DNA from: Parcubacteria group bacterium M10-OD1-1
Lineage (GTDB): Bacteria > Patescibacteriota > Minisyncoccia > Moranbacterales > UBA2206
Reading direction: 5' to 3'
Length of the DNA stretch: 64,000 nt
NCBI GenBank assembly: GCA_003056145.1
Contig: LSNL01000006.1
Coordinates: 82,192 to 146,191, forward strand
Shown here one piece after another: positions 9,133 to 19,288 of this stretch; position 1 is the first letter of the stretch; each line of letters starts with the position of its first letter. A model generated the notes under the pieces. The model made no database searches and had not been told where the DNA came from. It worked only from the letters and a program-made list of their open reading frames with translations. The position numbers and the translations under genes were made by a program.

Positions 9133-11406
9133 CTACTTTAAGACTGAGTAAATAATTTCTAATTTACCTTCTTTTCTGGCTATGTCAAAAACTTTTATCA
9201 ACCACTGTCCAACCGTGGTCCTCTCCGTGATTTTAGTTTTTTCTTTTAATTCTTGACTCGCAACTTTTTGGATTTTTTTAATTTTCTCAACTGCTTCCTT
9301 TATCCCTTTTTCACTAATTCCAGCTGAATCACGATTAAATTCAATGCCTTGAATAGTTTTTCCTTTAATTTTAACCCAAAGTTTTTTATCTCCATAACTA
9401 ATTTCTTTTAAGGTTTTAGCTAAATAAAGCTTAAAATCATATTCACTAGATTCTATTTTTTTAGGTTCATTTCTTTCAGCATTATTTTTTTTAGTTAGAG
9501 CTCCTTCATTCGTAATTGAAACTTCCTCCTCTTCGCTTTCACTAGTTTCACCTCTTGAATTCTCTTGTATTGGATTTCCTTGTGATTGCAATTGAGTTTT
9601 TTTTAAAATAGTAGGTATAAATTTGGAAACTTTTTTAAAACTAGTCTTAAAAAAACTTTTCAAATGTTCTATCAATTTAGATTCTGAATTTTCCAACTGC
9701 ATCTCATTTTTCACTTTTTCTTTTTTAAAATATTCGCTAACTACTAAATAGTCTTCTTCCTCTTCTAAAACTAAGTCTAGATCCCGTCCAGCTAACTCAG
9801 CTTCATTATCAGCATAAAATTCTCGACTTTCTGCTAAATAATGCTCCCGATATTTTTCCCATCTTTGTTCATAATCTTTATGCAAGCTATTAATCTCTTC
9901 TTGCACTTGTTTTAATTTAGGTTGTTTATTCCAACCAAAAAAATTAAATAATCTTTTATATTGTCCATCAAATTCAGTCTTAGCTTGAAGATATTTAACC
10001 CGAGATTCATCTAACTTATTTTCTAATTCTCTTATCTTTTCAGTTTTTTTATTTTCTTTTTCTAATTTTTCAGCTTCTCCACTTTCAAATATTTTAGCTC
10101 CTTCCATAAACCTTTTCCACTGTTTATCTTCCTCTTCTGTTTCTTCAACGATATTTTCGTCCAATTCAGAGATTTTTTCAGTTTTTCTAACGCGCCTTCT
10201 ATTTTCTGTAATTTGATCAAGAAAAAAATCTTTTCTACTTTTAGCTTGATCCTCTTCAATTTTTTTCTGACTTAAAATTTCATCTTGTTGATAGTTAGAA
10301 AATTCTTTTTCAAACTGAGCTAACGGTAGCTGTCTAGTATCTACTGGAGCGCCTCCATCTAACACATTAAATTCCACATAGAATTCACCTTTTTTATTTT
10401 TAATATAGTCCTCTATTTGAATACCTTCCTCTTTTAATGTTCCTCTCTCTCCTTTTTTTTCATAACTTCTTCCTTCTACTCCAAATTGTTGACGTAAATT
10501 ATATAGTTCATTTCTAGTAATTAAATTTTCTCTTTTAAATCGTTCGGGAAAATTTCCATATTTTAAAGGTTCATCCTCAATTATCCCTCCAGCAATAGTT
10601 TTCTTTTTTGAAATATTAGTAGAAGAATTTTCCTTGGTTCCTTGAACTGATGATTGTCTGTAGATCTTTACTAATTCATCAAATTCTTCCAAGGTAATTT
10701 GCCTAGATTTTCGTGATTGATTTGGCTTTCCATTTTTTGATGTTTCTGATTCCCCAAAAAAAACCCAGACTTTCCCTGTGTTAGGACTGTACTCTCTAGC
10801 ATACATCCATTTCCCTGAAGATAGATAAAGATTTTTCTGGAAAGATTTTTGATATTTATTTTTAAATTCTTGAAAGGATATTTTTGTTTGATTTTCTTGT
10901 CCTGAGTTCTCTTGTTTGATTTTCTTTTTTTCTAGTTTTTGGGATTTTATTTCCTCTTTTTGAGATTTTACTCCGTTTAATTTATTCAACTCTTCTTGAC
11001 AATTTTTCTTAACCACTTTTTTAAAACGAGCACTTTTTCTCATTCCTCTTATTTCATCAATATTCTCCATAATTATTTGCAATATTTTTCTTTTCAAATC
11101 ATCTCCATCTTTTTCATTATCAAAATCTCCGACTCGCTCTACTGTTCTCGCTATTGCTTCAATTTTTTCATCAATTTTATTTTGGACAGTCTCATTCTTC
11201 CCATCTTGAAAACATCTAGCTCTTAACACTTCTTTTTCAAAAGCTTCATTAAAGATACTATTAAAAATATCCGAAACATCTAAAATTTTTTCAATTTCCT
11301 TCTCTTTATTGTTGTTTTTTATTCCTGATTCCTCCACTGAAAAATTTTTTGTTTCATTCTTATCTTCTACTATTTCTTTCAGATTTATTTTTTCTATCTC
11401 ATTCAT
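9133..11406 (-). CDS. Large K/E-rich coiled-coil hypothetical protein
   Basis: 757-aa ORF, extremely charged (runs of EEEE, KKK), with no TM segment and no recognisable catalytic motif. It is the first gene of an operon that ends with the T4CP-like ATPase. Confidence 0.55.
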   Translation of the reverse strand: MNEIEKINLKEIVEDKNETKNFSVEESGIKNNNKEKEIEKILDVSDIFNSIFNEAFEKEVLRARCFQDGKNETVQNKIDEKIEAIARTVERVGDFDNEKDGDDLKRKILQIIMENIDEIRGMRKSARFKKVVKKNCQEELNKLNGVKSQKEEIKSQKLEKKKIKQENSGQENQTKISFQEFKNKYQKSFQKNLYLSSGKWMYAREYSPNTGKVWVFFGESETSKNGKPNQSRKSRQITLEEFDELVKIYRQSSVQGTKENSSTNISKKKTIAGGIIEDEPLKYGNFPERFKRENLITRNELYNLRQQFGVEGRSYEKKGERGTLKEEGIQIEDYIKNKKGEFYVEFNVLDGGAPVDTRQLPLAQFEKEFSNYQQDEILSQKKIEEDQAKSRKDFFLDQITENRRRVRKTEKISELDENIVEETEEEDKQWKRFMEGAKIFESGEAEKLEKENKKTEKIRELENKLDESRVKYLQAKTEFDGQYKRLFNFFGWNKQPKLKQVQEEINSLHKDYEQRWEKYREHYLAESREFYADNEAELAGRDLDLVLEEEEDYLVVSEYFKKEKVKNEMQLENSESKLIEHLKSFFKTSFKKVSKFIPTILKKTQLQSQGNPIQENSRGETSESEEEEVSITNEGALTKKNNAERNEPKKIESSEYDFKLYLAKTLKEISYGDKKLWVKIKGKTIQGIEFNRDSAGISEKGIKEAVEKIKKIQKVASQELKEKTKITERTTVGQWLIKVFDIARKEGKLEIIYSVLK

Positions 11407-11517
11407 TTAATTTCTGCTTGTTGAAAAATTAAAATTTTACTCTTATATTATATCATAAAATTACATCTCTAACAAAATTATGATATAATAAATTCAATAA
11501 TTAGTCTTTTATCAAAT

Positions 11518-13095
11518 ATGAATTTTATGGCAATGACAAAATTTAAAACCTATTTTCTTTTAATTAGCATTATCATTTTAGGATTATTTTTAAGAGTTTA
11601 CAACATCAATAATACACCCCCTGGAATATACCCAGACGAGGCAGTTAATGGAATGAGCGCCCTCACCGCTGAAACTACTGGGCATTATAAATGGTTCTAC
11701 TCCGATAATAATGGACGCGAGGGATTATTTATTAATCTTATTGCCTTTAGTTTTAAATTTTTTGGAGTTTCTATCTTGACTCTAAAGTTAACTTCTATTA
11801 TTTTTGGTACTTTAGCTATCTGGGGAATCTATTTGTTAGGCAAAGAGCTTTTTAAAAGTGAACAAATAGGACTTTTAAGTGCTTTTTTGATGTCAGTTTC
11901 TTTTTGGAGCCTTAATTTTTCACGCATTGCTTTTCGTGCTATTATGATTCCTGCTATTTTAGCTTTTTCCTTTTATTTTCTTTTTCGAGGAGTACGAACT
12001 AAAAAATGGGCTCATTTTGCTATTGGAGGATTTATTTTTGGCCTAGGTTTACATACTTATATTGCTTTTAGAGTTACTCCTTTGATTTTGATAATTATGC
12101 TACTTGTCTTAATTTTAAGTAAGAAAAATTTTCTTAAAGAATACTGGAGTTCTATTGTAATTTTTTTAATTTTTTCCGCCCTCAGCGCTAGCCCAATGCT
12201 TTACACTTTTTTCATCGCTCACCCCGAAGATTGGGCTTCCCGCACTTCAGGAATATCTATTTTAAATCCAGCTGTTAATCATGGACATTTTTTTACTACT
12301 TTCGCTAAAACATTTAGTTTGAGTTTAGCCAAATATAACTTTTGGGGTGACCAGAACTGGCGACAAAATTTTCCACCCTATGGAATACTAAGCCCTATTA
12401 CAGGGATTGCTTTTCTTTTTGGAATTATTTATTCCTTCATTAAATTTTTTCACTTATTAACACTGAGAATTATTAAACGAGAGCGTCATTCTCAGCTAGA
12501 AGTTTATACTTTTTTACTAGCTACTTTTTTTATAATGCTAATTCCAGAATTTTTAGCAAATGAAGGTAATCCTCACGCACTCAGATCTATTGGCACACTT
12601 CCAGTAGTTTTTATTTTTTCTGCAGTAACTTTTAATTTTCTTTTTCAAAGAATTAAAAGACACCCATCGTTATTTTTTAAAAAAATGGCTACCGCTTTGA
12701 TAGTTATCACTTTAATCTTTATCGGTCTTTTTAATACTATTAAATATCATTTCGTTTGGACAAAAAAAATTGAAACTGCCCGAGCTTTTGATAAAAACTT
12801 ATTAGAAACTGCCAGTTTTTTAAAAAATCTTCCTCCTTCTCAAGAAAAATTTATTGTTACTGGAAGTATGGGACGCATTCCAATTAAACTTTTAGACCAT
12901 CAATTAAAAAATGTTTTCTACATTTATCCCAGCCAACTTCAATTTATTCAGCCTAAAAATAATCGTGATTTTATTATTATAATGACCGACAAAAAAGATA
13001 GGGTTATTAAAATTCTTCGTCAAAGATTTCCTCAATTAAAGTTTAAAGAAAAAAAAGATCGACAAGGCTTAAGTTTCTACATATTAATTAAATAA
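11518..13095 (+). CDS. GT-C fold membrane glycosyltransferase (ArnT/PMT-like)
   Basis: Polytopic membrane protein with the N-terminal loop YPDEAVNG (DE motif), typical of the ArnT/GT39/GT83 family. Confidence 0.6.
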   Translation: MNFMAMTKFKTYFLLISIIILGLFLRVYNINNTPPGIYPDEAVNGMSALTAETTGHYKWFYSDNNGREGLFINLIAFSFKFFGVSILTLKLTSIIFGTLAIWGIYLLGKELFKSEQIGLLSAFLMSVSFWSLNFSRIAFRAIMIPAILAFSFYFLFRGVRTKKWAHFAIGGFIFGLGLHTYIAFRVTPLILIIMLLVLILSKKNFLKEYWSSIVIFLIFSALSASPMLYTFFIAHPEDWASRTSGISILNPAVNHGHFFTTFAKTFSLSLAKYNFWGDQNWRQNFPPYGILSPITGIAFLFGIIYSFIKFFHLLTLRIIKRERHSQLEVYTFLLATFFIMLIPEFLANEGNPHALRSIGTLPVVFIFSAVTFNFLFQRIKRHPSLFFKKMATALIVITLIFIGLFNTIKYHFVWTKKIETARAFDKNLLETASFLKNLPPSQEKFIVTGSMGRIPIKLLDHQLKNVFYIYPSQLQFIQPKNNRDFIIIMTDKKDRVIKILRQRFPQLKFKEKKDRQGLSFYILIK

Positions 13096-13107
13096 AAATA
13101 AAACAAA

Positions 13108-14988
13108 ATGAAAGCATTTATTGAGAAACATTATAGAAAATTTATTTTTCTAATTCTTCTTTTTATCTTTTCTGTTTCTATTCTAAACGCCAATAATGAC
13201 AGTGCTATCTTTGACGAAACCGCTCATATTCCTGCTGGCTATTCTTATGTAACTCAACATGATATGCGTCTTAACCCTGAACATCCACCTCTTTTAAAAG
13301 ATATGGCTGGACTAATGATTTTACCTCTCCATCCTAAATTTGATATTACAAAGAATTTTTGGACAACCAAAATCAATGGTCAATGGGCTGCTGGACACGA
13401 TTTACTTTGGCAAGAAGGCAATAATGCTGACCAAATAATTTTTTGGGCTCGCGTTCCTTTTGTTTTACTTTCTCTGATTTTTGGATTATTCATTTTTAAA
13501 TGGGTCAAAGAAACTGCGGGACTTTATGCTGGATTGTTTGCTTTAATCCTTTTTGCTTTTGATCCTAATATTTTAGGGCATAATCATTTTGTAGCTACTG
13601 ATATTGGAATTGCTACTTTTATGACTTTTTCTTTTTATTATTTTCTCCGCTTTATTAAATATCCTACTTGGAAAAATGTTTTAATTGGAGGATTTTTTCT
13701 AGGATTAGTTCAACTCGCCAAATTTTCCGCTATTACTCTCTTTCCAATTTATGGATTAGTCATTCTAATTTATCCTCTATCCTTACTCAATAAAAATAAA
13801 GTTTCTTTTTTTAAGCTTAAAAAATTGGGAGAATATTTCGGAAAAGGAGTTCTGGCTTTTGTTATTTCTTTAATTGTTGTTTGGGGACTTTATTTTGCAA
13901 ATATGTATAAAATGCCTCAAGAAAAACTGAGTCAAACTATTGAAACCTATTTCCCTCACAATGATTCCTCGGTTAGCGCAAGAACGGTTAATAAAATTGC
14001 CAACGATTTAGATAGGACTACTCTAACTCGCCCTCTTTCAGAATACTTTCTAGGAGTTGCTATGGTTTTCAAGCGTGTTGATGGAGGCAATGGAGCTTAC
14101 TTTATGGGTCAAGTTTCATCTAAGGCTTTTCCTCTCTATTTCCCAACTGTCTTTTTAATTAAAGAACAGTTATCCTTTCTTTTACTAATTTTATTAGCTC
14201 TGGGAATTTCTTTTTCGCAAAACATTAAGACTGCGCTCCAGTCCGTAGCTTCTAAAAAATCCCGTTCCAATTTAGCTCAGTTTATCCGACATAACATCAC
14301 CAATCTTTCTCTTTTTTCTTTCATTGTTCTTTACGCTACTATTAGTATTAAAGGTAATTTAAATATCGGTTTTCGTCATCTTTTCCCCATTCTCCCTTTC
14401 ACTTATATCTTAGTAGCTAGAATACTTTTTACTTTCATCAAAAAACTTAGCCAGTATAATCGCACTATCTGGTATTCTATTATAGCCACTTTAACTTTTC
14501 TTTTGATGGCTGGAACAGTTTCAGCTTATCCTTACTATATGTCTTATTTTAATCAATTAGTAGGTGGGTCAAAAAATGGATATCATTATGTTACTGATTC
14601 CAACGCTGATTGGGGACAAGATTTAAAAAGACTTAAGATTTGGGTTCATCGTTATAATTGGTGTGAAGGAAATGGATTAGATTCTTTTTGTAAAATTTAC
14701 AATGAGAAGAGAGGCCCTATTAAAAAAATTCACATTGACTACTTCGGAGGAGCTAATATTCACTATTATTTCAAAAATAAAGCTATTGATTGGTGGGATT
14801 CTAAACGACCAATTGAACCTGGCTGGTATGCTATTTCAACTAATTTTTTACAAGGAAGTATCTATGATAAAACTAAGCCTGATAATCAATCTTATCGTTG
14901 GATAGAAAAAATAAGACCTGTCGCTCAAGTCGGAACATCAATTTTCGTCTATTATGTAACACCAGCAGAAGCAATAAAAGCAGACTAG
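13108..14988 (+). CDS. GT-C fold membrane glycosyltransferase (protein O-mannosyltransferase/PMT-like, GT39)
   Basis: DETAHIPAGYSY...PEHPPLLKDMAG resembles the PMT DE-H...HPPLGK motif. The protein is polytopic. Confidence 0.6.
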   Translation: MKAFIEKHYRKFIFLILLFIFSVSILNANNDSAIFDETAHIPAGYSYVTQHDMRLNPEHPPLLKDMAGLMILPLHPKFDITKNFWTTKINGQWAAGHDLLWQEGNNADQIIFWARVPFVLLSLIFGLFIFKWVKETAGLYAGLFALILFAFDPNILGHNHFVATDIGIATFMTFSFYYFLRFIKYPTWKNVLIGGFFLGLVQLAKFSAITLFPIYGLVILIYPLSLLNKNKVSFFKLKKLGEYFGKGVLAFVISLIVVWGLYFANMYKMPQEKLSQTIETYFPHNDSSVSARTVNKIANDLDRTTLTRPLSEYFLGVAMVFKRVDGGNGAYFMGQVSSKAFPLYFPTVFLIKEQLSFLLLILLALGISFSQNIKTALQSVASKKSRSNLAQFIRHNITNLSLFSFIVLYATISIKGNLNIGFRHLFPILPFTYILVARILFTFIKKLSQYNRTIWYSIIATLTFLLMAGTVSAYPYYMSYFNQLVGGSKNGYHYVTDSNADWGQDLKRLKIWVHRYNWCEGNGLDSFCKIYNEKRGPIKKIHIDYFGGANIHYYFKNKAIDWWDSKRPIEPGWYAISTNFLQGSIYDKTKPDNQSYRWIEKIRPVAQVGTSIFVYYVTPAEAIKAD

Positions 14989-15020
14989 TTGAGCTCTCCA
15001 TTATAAACTAATTTTACAAA

Positions 15021-15049
15021 AAACAACCGTATTACACGGTTGTTTTTTA
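15021..15049. terminator. Bidirectional rho-independent terminator between convergent genes
   Basis: aaaaaacaaccg-tattaca-cggttgttttttaaaa: an 8-bp GC-containing stem with an A-run before it and a T-run after it. Confidence 0.55.
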
Positions 15050-15182
15050 AAATAAATATAACCAATAACTACTATCAATAATGAGAATTTTATTCATTAA
15101 ATCTTTTAGTGCACACTCTTTCTAGAGTCAATAGCTATTTCTCTTTATTTTTTGTTTTAGAAATAATTGAAGTAAAAGTAAC

Positions 15183-16061
15183 TCAATTGATATTTTTAAT
15201 AGCTTCTTCTGCAACTTTTTGTCTAGTAATTTCTTCTGATATTTCATCGCGAAATTTGTAAAAAACTTTGTTATTAATTCTTAAATCAATATAATCCAAC
15301 TCTTTTCTTTGTTGCTCAGGAATTTTATTATTCAGAATCAATTTCAACATTTCTATTTCTTTTGTTAAGTTAATTTCTCTATTAAAATAAATTTTCCAAC
15401 CTACTTGAGTTTCTACTCGAATATCACCAGAAACTAAACTAAAAGTTTTAATTGGATAACTAATTTTAATCCCTAATTTTTCTAATAATTCATTTTTTAT
15501 TCCTAAAATATAACCTAAATACTCTTTTGTTAATACATATTCCCCTAATTTATTATTTTGATTACTCTGATCTAATAAAATCGGCAAACGATTATTTTTA
15601 GCCTGAAGTGATTGATTAAAATTAGCATAAGCCTGTCCTTTTTCATCTAGAAAATAGCACCTATTGTCACTACAGATTATTAAAGTTGGTTTTCTTTCAT
15701 CAATTTTTATTTCTAGCTCAGTTGGAAAAATTTTAATCACTTGAACATGTCTAATTTGTTGAAAATTAGTCAATAGACAATCAATGACTTCCTGCTTTTT
15801 AATCAGTAACAAATTATTTTTTTTGAAAATACCCATTTGTTTGCCATCTAAAATAGTTTGAACTTTTTCTAAAATAACTGACTTTTTTAAATCTTGATTA
15901 CCCTGGATATTAATTGTTTTAATCATTAACAACTGAGAAAAAAATAGCACATACAAAATAAGGCTGAGAAAAATAAAAGTTGCCAAAACAAAAATTATCT
16001 TAAAAAAAAGTTTTTTCCGTGATTTAACTATTTTTTTAGATCTAATTTTTTGGCGATTCAT
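15183..16061 (-). CDS. ftsQ: Cell division protein FtsQ/DivIB-like (POTRA domain)
   Basis: N-terminal TM followed by a POTRA-like IKTINIQGNQDL...V.V.KIFPTELEIKIDERKP. Confidence 0.65.
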   Translation of the reverse strand: MNRQKIRSKKIVKSRKKLFFKIIFVLATFIFLSLILYVLFFSQLLMIKTINIQGNQDLKKSVILEKVQTILDGKQMGIFKKNNLLLIKKQEVIDCLLTNFQQIRHVQVIKIFPTELEIKIDERKPTLIICSDNRCYFLDEKGQAYANFNQSLQAKNNRLPILLDQSNQNNKLGEYVLTKEYLGYILGIKNELLEKLGIKISYPIKTFSLVSGDIRVETQVGWKIYFNREINLTKEIEMLKLILNNKIPEQQRKELDYIDLRINNKVFYKFRDEISEEITRQKVAEEAIKNIN

Positions 16062-16071
16062 AAAAGCATTA

Positions 16072-16950
16072 TCAAAAATCCAATAATAAGTTTTCTAAAA
16101 TTAATTTAACATTAGCATTGGTTTCCTTAATAGTTTTAAGGCTTTTTTCAATTTTCTGAATTAAGAAAAAAATCTTTTTCAGACTAGCTATAGATAAATT
16201 ATTTTTTTCTTTCAGTTTATTTCTTAAAATAATCACCCAAATATTTAATTTATCTATTAATTGGGCTGGCTGTTTACTTAATCTTTCTGCTAAAGAAAAC
16301 TTTCTACTGACTGTTGCTCCAAATAATTGTTCTAGCTCTTCTTTGGCTTCTTGATAAAAAATAATGGCTTCTGGGCTATGAAGTAAATTCATTACTACTC
16401 CTGGACGACCAAATGACCAGAATAAAAATTCTTTTTTATTTTTTCCTAAATTAACTTTACTAGCTATTTCTTCTTGGCTAACTAAACTAAATTTTTTAAT
16501 TAAACATCGTGATTTCAAAGTTACCAAAATTCTTTCAAGATTATGGACAATTAAAATTATAAGGCTTTCTCCGATTGGCTCTTCTAACATTTTCAAAAGA
16601 GCATTTTGAGAAGCACTATTCATTTTATCAGCTTCATCAATTATAGCTACCCTTCTCAAACTGCCAGCATAGGGTGATAGACTAAGACTATGCTGCAACT
16701 CTCTTATTTGTTCTATCTTAATAGACTTCTTTTTAATTATTCCTTTTTTTTCTTCTTCAGGAGGACTAATTAAACTAATATTGGGATTAATTACGGCTGA
16801 AGATTGAGTAATTTGTTGAGCAAAAAATTTAGCCACTGTAAACTTTCCCAAGTGTTCTGGGCCGGTAAAAATATAAGCATTAGCCAAATTTTTTTTGACC
16901 ATACTTTTATTCAGAAACTCAATTATTTTTTGATGTCCAATTATTTCCAT
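16072..16950 (-). CDS. holB: DNA polymerase III delta-prime subunit
   Basis: GHQKIIEFL...NLANAYIFTGPEHLGKFTVAKFFAQ, an AAA+ clamp-loader pattern. Confidence 0.8.
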   Translation of the reverse strand: MEIIGHQKIIEFLNKSMVKKNLANAYIFTGPEHLGKFTVAKFFAQQITQSSAVINPNISLISPPEEEKKGIIKKKSIKIEQIRELQHSLSLSPYAGSLRRVAIIDEADKMNSASQNALLKMLEEPIGESLIILIVHNLERILVTLKSRCLIKKFSLVSQEEIASKVNLGKNKKEFLFWSFGRPGVVMNLLHSPEAIIFYQEAKEELEQLFGATVSRKFSLAERLSKQPAQLIDKLNIWVIILRNKLKEKNNLSIASLKKIFFLIQKIEKSLKTIKETNANVKLILENLLLDF

Positions 16951-17001
16951 TATTTTATTCTTTTAAATTTTCTAAATTTAAACTCTTTTAACTTCTAATA
17001 A

Positions 17002-18141
17002 TTAATCAAGAATTTTATTAAGATACTCTTGAAATTCTTTTTTAAATCTCCTTTTTGTAAACCTTTTAGCTTGCTCTTTTATATATTCGTGATCATAGCC
17101 TTTTTCTTTTTCGCAAAATCTTCTTATTCCATCTGCCATTACTTCTGAAGTTGAAGCTTCAAAAAATTCTCCTGTCTTTCCTTCTTCTATTAGCTCTATC
17201 GCTCCGCCTTCCTTTAAGGCAATAACTGGAACTCCATATTGCATAGCTTCTACAGGAGCCATTCCAAAATCATCTACGCCTGAAAAAATAAACGCTCTTG
17301 CTTTACTATATAAGGCTGGCAATTGACTATCTGGTTGCCAACCTAAAAATTTAATTGTCGTTCCTGCTATTTTTTCTAAAACTTTTTTTTCTTTACCCTC
17401 TCCAACAATAACTAAAGGAAGCTCTAACTTATTAAAAACCTCAACAGCTTCTTTAATTTTTTTATAACTTGATAAACGCGAAACAATGAGAAAATATCTT
17501 TTTTCTCCTTTCATTCCTTCTAATATTTGACTAGTTTCTAATTCCTTTTTTAATTCTACTGGTGGATAAATAACCTCCGCTGAGCGTCTATAATACTTTT
17601 CAATTCTTTTTTGAGTATATTGTGAATTAGCAATCAAATAATCTGGTCTATCTGAAGCTATCTTATCCCAAAGACGCAAATAACTTAGAATAGGACGCAA
17701 GAAAAAGCCCAACCCTTCCTTTCTTTCATCTCTTAGATATCTTTCATTATAATCCCAAACAAAACGCATTGGAGAATGAATATAGGCAATATGAATAGTA
17801 TTTAATCTAGTGATAATACCTTTAGACCAAGCACCTGATGAAGAAATAACTAAATCAAAATCGCGTAAATCAAAAGTTTCTGGAGCCACTGGTAAGAAGG
17901 GTAAACAATATTTTAATCTCTTTCTTAGAAATTTTGGTAAGTTTTGAAAAAAAGAAGTATGGATTTCTTTATCTTTAAATTTATGATGCAAATTTTCTGA
18001 TTCATAAATAATAGTATAAATTGGAGCTTGAGGGAATAATTCTATTAGAGTCTCTAAAACTCGTTCCGCTCCTCCATATTGATTTAAAAAATCATGGACT
18101 ATTGCTATTTTCGCTTTTTTAAAATTTTTGATACTTTCCAT
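17002..18141 (-). CDS. Glycosyltransferase family 4 (GT-B)
   Basis: C-terminal EGFGMAPVEAMQYGVPVIA motif. Confidence 0.8.
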   Translation of the reverse strand: MESIKNFKKAKIAIVHDFLNQYGGAERVLETLIELFPQAPIYTIIYESENLHHKFKDKEIHTSFFQNLPKFLRKRLKYCLPFLPVAPETFDLRDFDLVISSSGAWSKGIITRLNTIHIAYIHSPMRFVWDYNERYLRDERKEGLGFFLRPILSYLRLWDKIASDRPDYLIANSQYTQKRIEKYYRRSAEVIYPPVELKKELETSQILEGMKGEKRYFLIVSRLSSYKKIKEAVEVFNKLELPLVIVGEGKEKKVLEKIAGTTIKFLGWQPDSQLPALYSKARAFIFSGVDDFGMAPVEAMQYGVPVIALKEGGAIELIEEGKTGEFFEASTSEVMADGIRRFCEKEKGYDHEYIKEQAKRFTKRRFKKEFQEYLNKILD

Positions 18142-18194
18142 TTTTTAGTTCTAATTAAAAATTTTGAATTAATAGTTTATCAGTCAAAAATTAT

Positions 18195-19274
18195 TTACTG
18201 CTTCATAATTAATTTAGCTATTACTAAACTACTTTTACCCCAACTAAACCTTTTAACATTCTCTAATCCTTTTCTAATTAGCTCTTCTTTTTTATTTGGA
18301 TTTATTAGAAGAAAATGGATAGCTTGAGCAATAGTCATTGGTTTATAAGGATCCACTAGAAGAGCACTAGCCTGAGAAATCTCAGGCATTGAAGATATAT
18401 TAGAAGTTACTACAGGGACTTTTAAACTTTGAGCTTCTAAAATTGGTAAACCAAAACCTTCATAAAAAGTAGGGAATAAAAAAATTTCAGCTTGACTGAT
18501 TAAATTAGCTTTTTCTTTTTCAGCGATAAAACCAGTTAGAATAATATCTTTTTGATAAGAGCTTTCTTCTATTTGAGATTTAATTTCTTCGTATCCTACC
18601 CCAGAACCACCCGCTAAAACTAGCCGATGTGAAAGTTTGTATTGTTTCTTTAAATAATTAAAAGCTCTTATTAAACCTTGAATATTTTTTCTTTTTTCGA
18701 TTCTACCAATAAATAAAAAGAAGGGTTTCCATTTTTGAAAATTGTTTTGATTATTGGAAAGTGAGAAATTATTATTTACTCCTTCATAAATAACTTCAAT
18801 TTTTGATTCTGGAATATTATATAATTTTATCAAATCTTTTTTAGTATTTTGAGAAACAGCAATAATTTTTTTTGCCCACTGGCAAGATTTCTTAATTGAA
18901 AGACGCATATATAAACGCTCCCACAATCGATAAGCTTCTGGTATGATTTCATATTCTAAACCATGAATTACTACTATTGATTTTTTTGGATGAATAAAAG
19001 GCAAAGTATGAGCTGGTACAAAAAGAATTTCTACTTTTTGAAAAATCATTATTAAAGATAAACCTATTTGAGTCCAAAAAATGGGAAACTTTATTTTTTT
19101 AATTTGCCAATTTTTAGGTAATGAAAAATCTATTTTTTGATTTTTTCTTAAATATAAAATGATTTGATGTTGAAATAATTTTCCTCTTAAATTTTTTATT
19201 ATTTGATAAGAATACTCTTCAATACCTGTTCTTTGTTTTAAAAAAGCCCGTGATCCATCAATTCCAATTTTCAT
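18195..19274 (-). CDS. Glycosyltransferase family 4 (GT-B)
   Basis: EGFGLPILEAQSLKVPVVTS motif. Confidence 0.8.
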   Translation of the reverse strand: MKIGIDGSRAFLKQRTGIEEYSYQIIKNLRGKLFQHQIILYLRKNQKIDFSLPKNWQIKKIKFPIFWTQIGLSLIMIFQKVEILFVPAHTLPFIHPKKSIVVIHGLEYEIIPEAYRLWERLYMRLSIKKSCQWAKKIIAVSQNTKKDLIKLYNIPESKIEVIYEGVNNNFSLSNNQNNFQKWKPFFLFIGRIEKRKNIQGLIRAFNYLKKQYKLSHRLVLAGGSGVGYEEIKSQIEESSYQKDIILTGFIAEKEKANLISQAEIFLFPTFYEGFGLPILEAQSLKVPVVTSNISSMPEISQASALLVDPYKPMTIAQAIHFLLINPNKKEELIRKGLENVKRFSWGKSSLVIAKLIMKQ

Positions 19275-19288
19275 TAGCTATTTTTTAT

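Noticed and set aside
5772-11406. Calling the ATPase operon a conjugative or integrative element
   Set aside because: No relaxase, VirB4, integrase, flanking direct repeats or tRNA-adjacent insertion signature is seen. The flanking genes are housekeeping (polyprenyl synthase, glycosyltransferases).
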